A DNA stretch of 64,000 bases from Azolla caroliniana (lineage: Eukaryota > Plantae > Polypodiophyta), in the NCBI GenBank assembly GCA_043228905.1, contig JBHGNT010000021.1, forward strand, positions 11,718,001 through 11,782,000, written 5' to 3'. This document shows positions 52,763 through 64,000 of this stretch, piece after piece. Numbering within the stretch: the first letter of the stretch is position 1; each line of letters begins with the position of its first letter. The notes under the pieces were generated by a model, which had not been told where the DNA came from, ran no database searches, and saw nothing but the letters and a program-made list of their open reading frames with translations. The translations under genes were made by a program, and so were the position numbers.

Positions 52763-53862
52763 ACGAAGCGAGTGTGGAGGATCCTCCTCTGATCCTGAGT
52801 CTTTCGTTTGCCGTCGTCCCCTCGCCCCCACCAGCTTGTCATCCCGGCTTGCCGTGTCAGTCTTCGCTACTTTGACGGAGCTACCGAGATCTACAAAGCG
52901 AGTGTGGAGGATCCTCCTCCGGCCTCTCTTGCCATCCCCTGACTCCGACCCTGTGCAGTCCACTAGGCACTTGTCACCTCGTTCCCGGCACCTCCCTTGT
53001 GCCGTCTTTCGCTTCCTTCGTTCGGCACCGCCCGTGCCGAACACTGTCCCGTAGTCACGCTTTGATCCGGCCCGCGATGGCCACTTACGAGACTCTTATT
53101 CCGTCCCAGGTGTGCCTTTCCGGCCTGACACACCTCCCCGTGTTTGCCCCTACCGGCTCCTTCCGAAACCTCGTGTTATCGGGTCCCGTTCCCTGCCGCC
53201 ACCGTCCTTCTCCCTAGGTCTCACGTTGCCACGTTGGCCGAACTGCCGGAGTCTCCGGATCGGTGTGAGGGTCCTATAGGACCGGACTCCGTTTCCATGC
53301 TTGCCGAGATCCGGGTGTCTTTTGTTTGAGTCCCTCCCGGACTCTCCTCGTGTCTTCCGCGTAGTAGGGTCCCGTTTCCCGCCGCCACCTTCCTTCTCCC
53401 TCGGTCTTATGTTGCCACGTTGGCCAAACAGCCAGAGTCTCTGGAACCGGTGTGGGGATCCCGTAGGACCAAACTTCCTTATGCTCACTGACCTTGCCGG
53501 AAGCTCCGATTTGGTTTGTGGCCGCCTCGCCGGCCTGATACCTCCTTGCCGTTCGTCGCCTCTATCGTCCGATCACGTTCTCCTGCCGCCACCGATCCTC
53601 CCTATAGGACTCACGTCGACTCACGCCGGATCGGTGTGAGGATCTCCGTAGACTGCCCATCCGTAGCCCTTTTGCCTTCGTCACCTCGCCGCCACCGTCA
53701 GTATCTTGGTCTTACGTCGACCGCGTTGCCGACAGCCGAAGTCTCTAGAACCGGTGTGAAGGATCCTCCTTGGGCCTCTGATTTGTCTTCCTGACCCTGT
53801 CCCGGGTCGTCCCTTTCCGCATGCCGAGAGTGCGGTTTACTCTGCACCTTCTCCCGTGGTAC

Positions 53863-54819
53863 CTACGTACCGTCTCCTCGGCCTCTTCGTAGGCCGGCTC
53901 TTTTCCTCCCTCCCGGAATGGTCATCCGGGAGTCCGCTCTGCCCGGTTCTCGTCTGGGCCACCGCCCCTTTTTGTGGTGTCGGTGGATAGCATCCGCTCT
54001 GTGATCAATCAAGCCCCGCTTGAGCTTGATTCTCCAATGTCCGGAGTTTCGGCTCCGATGCTGACCTTGCCAGACTCGTTCCGAACCTTTAATCACCTTC
54101 CTTCGAATTCGGGCCTCAACGCCGACCCTTGCCAACTCCCTTTGTCGCTCGGCCTCTTCCTGCTGTGATGGCACGCCGTCACGCCCCTTCCTCTTAGCCT
54201 TCTTGGCTCGCTCATCGTCTAGCCGTTGGCACACCCTTCCAACCTTCGACCAGTCCTCCGTAAGCCCATTCGCTCCGTCATCGTCTTCGAGCTCAATCCC
54301 GATGGCATCCCGTTCCGCTCGGTCGATCGACCTGACGAACAATAGGACCTTGTTCGCCCCCACCAAACCTTGTTCCCGCTCCGGCAGCCGAGCAAGCCGT
54401 CGCTCGAACTCTCGGAGCGCCTTGGTCGCACCCCGGTGGGGCTTTGCTGATGCTACCCACTGGTCGAAGTCATGTCGACCCCGGCTCTTCTGCCGTCCTC
54501 CGTATGCCTTCAGGAGCGCCTCTTCGAAGGCCTCCCATGAACTATGAGCCTCATGGAGCTCCTTTACTTCCGCATGCATCCGGACAGCTACGACTCGATA
54601 GAAGAACCCCAGCCTCAACGCCTCGTCTACGCCACGCTCCTCCATTTCCGCGTTGTAGGCTTCCAAGTAAGATGGGACTTTGTCCCCGTTGAAACGACCA
54701 ACTCTTTCGACCACTTGCTCAACCGCTTGTTGCGCTGCTTCTCGCCTCATCACCACTCATGCCGACTCCAACACCACTTCGGCCACCATCGCCGCGAGGT
54801 CGTCGTCTTCCGACTCCAT
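53863..54819 (-). pseudogene. Gag-like ORF of the gypsy element
   Basis: VGRFNGDKVPSYLEAYNAEM...SWEAFEEALLKAY; upstream ATG at 54819 separated by one in-frame TGA. Confidence 0.8.
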
Positions 54820-54834
54820 CCTCCCTTGCCGCCT

Positions 54835-54852
54835 TTCACGTCGGGTTCACCA
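54835..54852 (-). promoter_or_regulatory. Primer-binding site complementary to the tRNA-Trp 3' end
   Basis: TTCACGTCGGGTTCACCA matches the recalled plant tRNA-Trp(CCA) 3' 18 nt; lies 4 nt from the LTR. Confidence 0.85.
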
Positions 54853-54988
54853 AATATGTCGTGTTGTTATGCGCGTGCGTGGAGAAAGGCGGGACCACGG
54901 GGGTCTTGGACTAGGGAGTGACGGAGCGTAGGAAGTCGTACTTCACCATTTCCGGGGCATCCCAGAAGCACACCGGAAGCAACCGAAG

Positions 54989-55028
<40 letters not shown>

Positions 55029-55745
55029 TTAACACCGACTCACGCACACACACACACATGCCGACCCGACTCACGCCCTTATGTACAGGAACCGTAGGAA
55101 AGGGGAAGCACCTGACACCTACAAAGACGCGAATATACACAGACAAACGTAAATGTATATATATAAAGGAAGAATACATTCCCGGCTTCGAGCCGGACCA
55201 AGGTAGGTTACAACAGTCGTCTGTTGTCAAGTCGCCGTCGGGGAGCTCTCGGCTCGTCGCACCCAGCGGGGTCTGGCACAGGAGGTCGAGCCAAAGCAAA
55301 CCCTAAGCAAAACACGAAGGGGGAAGAAGAAGAAGAAGAAGAAGAACTAACCCTAAATCTAACGGTATACCCTCTAACGCAAAAATGGGCAACCCTTTCA
55401 CAAAGGGCGCTCCCTTCCTTTTATAGAACAAGGAGAGGGATGCGTTACAATGTGGGATAAATCCCGACTTAACTACTCTTCGGCGCCATAAAGGCGCCCT
55501 CGTTATTCACACTAAATGTACATGGGTGCGTACACACGCTGCACCCCGCCGATGTAGCCAATGTTTCCTGGTTTCCGCCTCTGGCCGAAATTCTTCACGA
55601 CAACGTATTCGCCCGATCCTATGAAGATATGCGGGGACTTCACCCCCAACTCTATCAAGACCAGATTCACCTCAGCAAGGATGCTAAGTCAGTGGCACAA
55701 TGACACTATCAGATGAACCCAAACTACGCGGCAAGAGTAAAGGAG

Positions 55746-56132
55746 TGTTGAGAGACAAGCTCAACATTGGCCGGATCGGCTGAAGAAGCTGAGGACCGGA
55801 TCGGTTGGGACCGATCGGTTAGGCCGAGTACATAAACCGGGAGATCGTTAGGAAAGATATTCCGTGAGGAATATATTTGGGAGTTAGTGTAGGGGCTCTT
55901 GATGAGCATTGAAGTACTGTCAGTACTTCGGTCAGTCCTTCTAGGACTTGTATAAAAGTGCTCACTGAGCACGTCTTATGTACAGAGATTGAGTATTATT
56001 GTTGAATATAGTTTTTTGTGTTTCTCTCTCTGTCTCTCCCGTGTATACCGTGTAAGCCTAAGCTCTCCATTGAACCTGAGTTTCCTTCCTCTGTTCTGTC
56101 TTCATACTTGCTTCCGCACGCTACTTTCTACA
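55746..56132 (+). mobile_element. Copia solo LTR, TSD AGGAG
   Basis: tgttgagagac...ctaca; AGGAG at 55741-55745 and 56133-56137; removal restores RVKEEIDKLL; related to LTR 36619-37065. Confidence 0.93.
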
Positions 56133-57922
56133 AGGAGGAAATTGACAAGCTACTCTGGGTCGGCTTTATCCGACCGGTGAAGAAAGTCACTTGGCTAAGT
56201 CCAAATGTTGTAGTGCCGAAGAAGAATAGCAAGATCTGTGTCTACGTGGATTACCGGAAATTGAATGCGGCAACGGTTACCGACGCATTTCCGCTTCCGT
56301 TTACGGATGGAGTTTTAGATGCGGTAGCTGGGCACGAGGTTTATAGCTTCCTCGATGGTTTCAACAGATATAACCAAATAAGGATGCACCCGGACGATCA
56401 AGAAAAGACAACGTTCGTGACACAATGGGGAGTCTTTGTAGCAGTTGTAGTGACGTTCGGACTCAAGACGGCGCCGGCAACCTTTCAGAGGATTATTATG
56501 GAAGTATTTGGAGAATTCATACCGGCATTTATGCAAGTATTATTGGATGACTTCGTGGTATATAGCCAGAAATGGGAACATCTCGACCATCTCAAGTTAT
56601 GCTTGGAAAAGTGCAGAGGATACCGGTTAAGCTTAAACCCGACAAAATGCGTCTTCGGTGTGACCAGCGGCACATTGCTGGGTCATATTGTTAGCAAGGA
56701 AGGGATTGCCGTGGAACCGGATAAGGTCAAGGCTATTTTGCAAGCACCGACACTGACGACCACCAAGGCTTTAAGCCGGTTTTTAGGACAGATCCGGTGG
56801 CATAGCCGGATGCTCCGGTACTTGGCAGACCTCGCCACGCTACTATACGTAGTTGTACACCGGACACCATTTAAATGGACGGATGAAGAGGACAAGGCTT
56901 ACCGCGCACTCAAGGTAATGTAGTCACAAGCACCAATGGTACAACCCTTGGACTGGTCAAAAGAGTTCCATGTCTTCGTGGACACGTCGGATATCGCAAT
57001 CAACAACGTACTCATGCAACTTACCGAACCTAAGTGGTACCGACCGGCATACTACGCTAGCTGAAAGCTGTCAAAGGTAGAGTGATATTATTCCACTACT
57101 AAAAGAAAAGCCCTAGGAATGATATACAATGTCACCAAATACCGTCCTTATTTGTTGGGCCGCAAGTTTTCATTCTATGTAGACCATTCAACGCTTTTAT
57201 ACTTGGTCTCAAAGGCATCACTCATCGGCAAGTTGGCCCGGTGGACATGATTATTACAAGAATTTGAATTTGAGATCTATCACCGGCCAGGTATACAACA
57301 TGCGGTTGTCGATTACTTGAGCCGGTTAGAATCCAGAGAGATCGGTGACGGTGTTCAAGATGAATTTCTGGATGCCGCATTGTTTAAAATTATAGCAAAA
57401 ACCACAATAGATGGGACAGTCGCGAGCGAGGACAAATGGCTAACGAATATGCACCAATTCTTAAGCACCGGACTACCCCTAGACGGGATGAACCGGGATG
57501 AACGTAAACAGTTGGTGGTGCAAAGCCGGCACTTTTGTCTAGTGCAGGATACACTGTATCATAAAGGGGTGGACGACATATGGCGGTGAACGTTCTGGAG
57601 TGATGAAAAAGACACCATTTTATGGGAGGCGCATTGTGGGGTCGCCGAAGGACATTATGTCGGAGAAGCTACGACAAGGAAAATATGGCGTAGCGGCTTA
57701 TGGTGACCAACGACACTAAAGGACTCGGTCTGATATACGAAGGAATGTGATATGTGTCAAAGAATGGGCCAGCCAACGGAACAATCATGCATGCCGCACT
57801 AGCCGATACTACCTCTAGAGCCATTCCAGAAATGGGGGCTGGACTTCGTTGGACCATTCAAGCCACCGACAATGCGAACCGGCAATAGGTACATAATTGT
57901 CACCATAGATTACTGTACATAA

Positions 57923-58669
57923 TGACGGGAACTCAACGCTCCTTATACGCAAGGCTCGGCCACAACCGAGCTTAGAATCCTACACAGAAAATGGGAAATA
58001 AAGCACGACACGAAGAAGAGAAGAGTACGCAGGATGTTTACGTGGAAAACCCAAACTAAGGGAAAAACCACGGCAGCCCACAGGCTGCAAACTATCATTA
58101 TGTTAGAATGTACAATAGTGAGTTCACCGAGTCAACGACCTCGTGCTCACAATCTTTGCCACATGCGGCGGTTACAACAGAGGCAACGACCTCTTTCTCT
58201 CTCTCTCTCTCTCTCTTTGTACACAGTTACACGCTCTAATCTCGTGCAAAACAGGAATGACAACGACAGTTACTAAAAGTTTGCCCTAAGTCATATTTAT
58301 ACTAATATGACTTTTCAGCTATTTACAAATATAGCCTCGATGGGCTCTCAGAAACATATTTACGAATATGTCTCTTCGTCCGGTTCTCACCGGGCCTGTA
58401 CCATCCGGTTCTCCGTAGCCGGGTACTCCTCATCCGGTCTTCACCGGGTCTGTATCATCCGGCTCTCCGTAGCCGGGTACTCCTCATCCGGTTCATACCG
58501 AGTCTGCACCATCCAGCTCTCCGTAGCCAGGTACTCCTCATCCGGTTCATACCGGGTCTGCACCATCCGGCTCTCCGTAGCCGGGTACTCCTCATCCGGT
58601 TCATACCGGGTCTGCACCATCCGGCTCTGTTCTTCTCTCTTCCCATCTGGAGGGACCTGTCTCCCAACA
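57923..58669 (-). mobile_element. Copia-type solo LTR, TSD CA(T/A)AA, with 54-bp tandem array
   Basis: tgacggg...cccaaca; removal restores integrase DYCTKWVEAKAL; TTTACGTGGAAAACCC motif. Confidence 0.9.
58373..58628. repeat. 54-bp tandem repeat, ~4.7 copies
   Basis: tcctcatccggttcataccgggtctgcaccatccggctctccgtagccgggtac repeated. Confidence 0.92.
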
Positions 58670-59868
58670 CAAAATGGGTGGAAGCCAAGGCACTACGTGA
58701 CAATACCACGACATCGACGACAAAGTTCCTGTACAAGTACATCTGGTGTCGGTATGGATGTCCAATCGAATTAATCAACGACCAAGGTGGACACTTCCTC
58801 AACCAAGTGGTGGAAAGCCTAACAACATTTTATGCGATCGTACACAAGCGAAACACCCCTTATTACCCACATGCCAATGGATTGGCCGAATCCACTAATA
58901 AAACTCTGTAGAACATTCTCTGGAAGATTGTCAATGAGAACCGAACCGATTGGGATACAAAGTTGCACAACGCGTTAAGGGTTTACCAGACGACATACAA
59001 AACAAGTATTTGGACAACACCATTCCGGTTAGTGTTTGGTCTCGAAGCGGTGATGCCAATAGAATTCCAAATTCCAAGCTTACGAATACAGGTTCGGGAG
59101 CGGCTAAGCGAGGAGGAGTCGGAAAAACTCCGGTTAGCAACATATGTGAGCTGGAGGAGCACCAAATAGCGAGCCTAATGTAGATGGAACTTGAGCAATG
59201 ACGAAGGAAAGCCTTCGTTGACCACCACCGGAAGGGTAATGAGAAGATGTTTGGAATCGGCAAGCCGGTACTAGTCTTCCACATCCGGATGGGCAAGATG
59301 CCGTGGAAGCTACGGTTCCGGTGGACCGGACCATATTGGATAACACGAGAGTTCAATGGCTCATATCAGCTCGGAACGTTAGCCGGTTAGGTGTTGGACA
59401 AGTGGGTAAATGGGTTCCGACTTAAACCATATTATGGACCCATGCCACAGAACCCATTTCATCAACTGGAGAACAATGCAAAAATAGGCAGTGGCAATCA
59501 GTTGGCCGACAACCATGAAGAAAAATAGACAAGGGAGCCTGGGTTACCAGAACTAGAAAAAAGAAAAAAAACATCATGCAAAGGCCAGGAACGAACGAAC
59601 ACCTCGATAAGGTGTGTAGCGGCTATTTAAAGCGTAGTTAAAGTGCACCACGTGTCACATAGTTGCTATTATAGTACATGACGTGCATGCGTGGGAATCA
59701 AGAAAGGCGCCAAGCATGGGAACACGAAACCTCCACCTCGTAGAGTCTCTCTCATTTCGCAAACACAGAGCACTTAGCACACAAAGGACAATACAATTGA
59801 GCAGACGAGCACAAGAAGCACACACAAGCACATCGACCCTACCCACCCCCGCAGAACTAGACGACGAG

Positions 59869-60712
59869 ATGGAACCTATGGCATTTTCCGAAACAACCAA
59901 GAAGTGGTTCAACCAACATGGGTTGGGAGGCTTCCTGAGGATAGCAGAGGCACCGCCGCACGACGAAGTAGAAGAAGTCATGCACAAAATCGACACGGAA
60001 GTCATAATGGAGGAAGTAATCCGCGCTCTAATCGGATTGCCGGAAGGGGGTATCTACTCCATCGAGAACCCTTCTCCTGAAACACTAAGCAAGTTTTTTG
60101 GCGAGTATTCCCTCGCCAGCAAGGCTCATCGGACACTGGGCGTCGAGGACCCCCTGTTCAGAGAAGTAGCTCGTGTCCTCCACGAGTATGGGTTCATGTA
60201 CCCCCGACCCCCGGCAATGCCAAAGAACAAAGCTAGTTTCATCATTGCTACATACACAGGGGTGCAAGTGGATTGGTCGGTAATCATCGCCGATTGCTTG
60301 CGGACGGCGATAGAATCAATGTAGAAAGACAAGAAATTATGGACGTCCGTGGCTCAATGGCTGACTCTCTTGGCGCCCCCGGTGGAGTTGGTAAAGACTA
60401 AGAAGCGGGTTCGAGTAATGGAGACCACACCCAACAAACCTTCAAAACGACAACAACTCTTGGCCAAGCACACGCCCGGATGGAAAGAGGGCAGTACCTC
60501 GCAGAAAGGGAAAGAACCACCTAGCCAAAAGAGGCAAGCTGAGATAGAGACACCGGTGGAGCCATTAGTAAGGCCTCTTAAAATCAAGTTGCGCTGACAG
60601 GAACAAGAGTCGGACCTCTTGGCAACGAAGATCAATATCAAAACCCAAGAGGAGGAGACGGAGGAAGACCCTGCTGATAACCTCGTACATCGCCAGAAAC
60701 GTAGCGACGCGG
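59869..60712 (+). pseudogene. Extra 3' ORF of the gypsy element, function unknown
   Basis: MEPMAFSETTKKWFNQHGL...VDWSVIIADCL, reading on past one stop; downstream of integrase. Confidence 0.6.
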
Positions 60713-63700
60713 TGTCGTGTTGTTACGCGCGTGCTTGGAGAACGAGGCCGGACCACTAGGTTCTTGGACCAGGAAATAGCTGGGAAGGAGGAGAACGGAA
60801 AGGCAACGGACACACTTGCACACGCACAGACACGGGAGCACACAGGAATCACAGTCCAACAACACAGCAAAACGAGACGACTAGAAGTCCGAGTATATGA
60901 ACACGTATGTATATAAATATATATATATTTATCAAGACAATTACAACTAACAGGACAGCAAGGCGAACACCGCCGCCTGTTCACTCACACACAGAAGAGC
61001 GAGATGGAGACTCTGCCGGAAGCACACGTGCGTTCCACGGAGCAGAGTCAGCCTCCCGAAAACCTGCGCAAAAATGGCTATGGAGAGTGGCAGAGGAGAA
61101 GGGCTCGGTCCCAGTCCGGCAACACTTCGTCCTCTCTAACGCGCGATCCCTTTTTCATTCCTCTCCCTCTCTTTTATAGCCCATGGAGGGAGGCCGTTGT
61201 CATTTGTTACATCATATTAATTCTCTGTCCTTTTGGACAGAGATACACCTCGATTCTCTCCCTATTGAATGTGTGCTACCTAGGATTTCACCTCAGCCGA
61301 CTTGTACCTACCTACTTACCATACAACGAAAAGTGTGCTCGCGTGTAAGGGCCGGTTTACACACGCTAAACTCGGTTTCCGCCTCGGGACGGTTTTCTTC
61401 ACGACATCCGCCCCCACCTAACCACGCATCCACCAGTATGCGCCAAATTGGGCTCTTGCTGGAGAAAACCGGTCCATGCTTTACTCATCTTCCAGATCAT
61501 CATCCGCCTCGGACCGCCCGTCGTCGCTGTCCATGCTGTCCAGATCCAGCTCACACTCATGTCGTTTCTTAAACGCTTTGACCCTCTTCCCCGCTACCGG
61601 TATTGCCATCCTCGTACCGTCGAGTTCCACAAGATGGTAGGTCTCGTTATCGTTGCCGCCTGTCACCACGTAAGGCCCAAACCACCTCCTTCCAAACTTC
61701 CGCGTTGCCCTGTCGTGGTTGTCGAGGCTGCTGTCATACACTAGGACCCAGTCGCCTTCCTCGATTTTCTTCGGTCGCAGTTGGTGAGTCTGGTCAAATC
61801 GCCCTTTGTTCTTCAACCTTGCCAACCGAAGCTGCTTCGCGGCTCGTTCCACGTCCTCCGGCCTTCGCTTGAGCACTCGAATCCGTGCCGCTAGCAGCTC
61901 CTTCCGACTCATCTCATCTCTCCAGTCCACCGTGGCCCATGAGGAGATGGTTCGCTCTATTGGCATGATCGGCCTCTGTCCGTACATAAGCTCTGCCGGC
62001 ATGAACCCGGTTACCGAACTGTGCGTAGTTCGATCCGCCCACAAGGCATAAGGTAGCAGTCGCGGCCAGTTCCCGACTTGGTCTTCACACGCCCGTACTA
62101 GCGCTTTGACGATCGGCCCGTGTCCGCGCTCCACCTACCCGTTAGCCTCCGGATTGTATGCTGTGGTGAGCGAGAGTTTGACCCCTAGTCGGTCAAACAG
62201 CTCTTTAACCTCTTGTGCGTCCAACTCTCCACGGTCAGCCACGATCTTTCCTACACTCCCATACCGACATATCACGTCCTCGATCAGAAACCAACACACA
62301 GACGTGGTTGTTTTGTTCTGCAGTGCTCGGCCTTCAACCTGGTTCATCCGATCCTCCCGAGCTAGCACCAGATACCGCATCTATCCTACCCCCATCGACA
62401 TCGTTACCAAATCCACCATCCATTTGAAGTGGACGGTCGGAGGGTAGGTCGGGTGAAGCTCGTCCCGGTGTCAGACTATGGAGTGCATCTGACAGCTTTC
62501 GCAAGTCGTCACGAACCGATGCACGTCCCGGTACAGTCCCGGCCACCAGTACTTCTCCTTTAGCTTCTCGAACGTGGCCCACGTTCCGCGGTGTCTGGCC
62601 CAGGGACTCTCGTGGTAGGCCTCCAACAACTCCTCCTGTTCCTCCTTCTTCGCCACCACTCGGAGCGGGATGCCGTCCCTCTTCTCGGGTGCTTCCATAT
62701 GTACCTGTCCCAAAGGAAGAATCAATACGCTTTCTTCCGGATCCGGGTGGCGTCTTCCTTTGTCCACGCTGCGTCCGGTGTGATTGTTTTCAGGACCCCG
62801 CCGATCTGGAGCCACTCCCCGTCATACTTGCTCTCATCGAATTCGTTAAGCGCTGGAGTGCTCCCCTTTCTGGTTGTCACGTATGCCGCCTTGAAGAAAT
62901 CTACGCCGACTTCCTCGTCCTCCGAAACCATGCCGTCCTCGTTTTCGAACCTCGCCCTTGAGAGCATGTCGGCCATGGCATTGTCTTTTCCAGAAATGTG
63001 TCGTATCTCCGGATTCAGGGACTTGATGTACGCTATCCACTTGAGCATTGCCAGGTCCGGCGTCGCGCATTCGGAAACCATGCCGAGAATCGGTAGGCAG
63101 TCCGTCTCGATTATTACCTTTGTCCCGATCAGATAGTCTTTATCGGCCTTCACTGCCGAAATGATACCCCAGAGTTCGCGTTTAACCTGGGCGTATCCTC
63201 GCTGTTGCTCACTGAGGACCTTCGCACCGAACCGGATGGGGAACCTCGTGCCAACTTCATCCTCTTGGTTGATCACCCATCCGATCCCGGTCGGACTCGT
63301 GTCTACGGTTACGTAAATTGGAGTGTTTTTGCCGTAGACAGCCATTTGGAGCGCCGGTGTCGTGGCAAATGCTTCCTTCATCTTTCAGACTGACTTTGTA
63401 TGCTCGTCTCCCCACTCGAATTTACGCCCTTTATTCAACAACCCATACAGCGGCTCCACGACGTGGGCGTAATGCGGGATCCAGATATGGTAGAACGCGT
63501 ATGCTCCCAAGAATCTTCAAACCTCCATAACCGAATTGCAATCATGCTTCATCGCGGAGATGGCTTCCACCTTGGCCGGAGACGGTTTCCGACCGTATGG
63601 TCCGCGTAGGTGCCCGACGACCATGATCTCTGATTGCCCGAAGGCCGATTTTTCCTCGGAGAAGGTGAGCCTCGCGCCTTCTAGTCTCTGCAGCTCCTTC

Positions 63701-64000
63701 TCGTAGTCATCGATGTGAGTTGCCACGAAATTCTGACATCCGTCCGGTCTGATTGTCTCGTCCTTTTCCTCCACCGGGCATCCCCTGATCGGGATGTCGT
63801 CTAAGAATGGCATGGTGATGTCCGGGATACAATCCCTGAGCACTTTGTTTATTGTGTTCACCATGTGAGCCGCCGAGTTCGTCCCTCCTTGTGGTAGGGT
63901 ACACATCCGCACTAGGCCGAGAGGAGTCCGCATCGTCGTAATGTCTCTGCTCTCCACGACTAGTTGGAACTGATCGTACCCCGAGTACAGATCACCGACA
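60713..64000 (-). mobile_element. Ty3/gypsy element 3' portion (RT-RH-INT, PPT, 3' LTR 60713-61406), continues beyond the window
   Basis: LTR tgtcgtg...cacgaca; PPT rc tccgccccc; FLDDIPI, VTVDTS, H..PWARHRG...C..C, VADRGE, WFGPYVV. Confidence 0.95.

Larger units (their letters stand above)
52595..55602 (-). mobile_element. Deleted gypsy element with tRNA-Trp PBS and 4-bp TSD ACGT
   Basis: 5' LTR 54857-55602 (tgtcgtg...cacgaca); truncated 3' LTR 52595-~52760; TSD ACGT 52591-52594 and 55603-55606; gag ORF 53863-54756. Confidence 0.93.
49241..60712 (+). mobile_element. Non-chromoviral Ty3/gypsy element (Athila/Tat-like), degenerate, with nested insertions
   Basis: 5' LTR ~49241-49710; PBS TGGCGACCAC 49718-49727; gag with CCHC knuckles, protease IVDGGS, RT EFRDVFA..SYEDM/VDYRKLN/LDDF, RH, integrase WGLDFVGP/HANGLAES; 3' ORF. 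Confidence 0.9.

Overview
Eukaryotic land-plant nuclear DNA, probably a fern or other seed-free plant (inferred from the TE families and gene style). One clearly intact gene is present: a 3-exon TOM1-like (VHS-GAT) gene at 22298-25011. Other gene-derived sequences are a PLS-class PPR pseudogene split by a full-length Ty1/copia element (782-6865, TSD ATATG), a fasciclin-domain gene or pseudogene, and a group II intron RT/maturase fragment. A ~1.3 kb palindrome sits at 11067-12365. From ~26.5 kb to the end the window is a nest, up to five levels deep, of copia, gypsy, solo-LTR and LINE insertions. Three observations stand out. (1) One Ty3/gypsy superfamily (LTRs TGTCG...CGACA, tRNA-Trp PBS, 4-bp TSD) has N-CG-N or N-TG-N at all seven readable insertion sites, suggesting CpG-targeted integration. 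(2) Two LTRs of this superfamily carry an antisense tRNA-like Pol III cassette ~195 bp from the TATA box. (3) A ~300-bp sense 25S rRNA segment is captured inside a copia protease region. All calls were made by eye, with no database searches.
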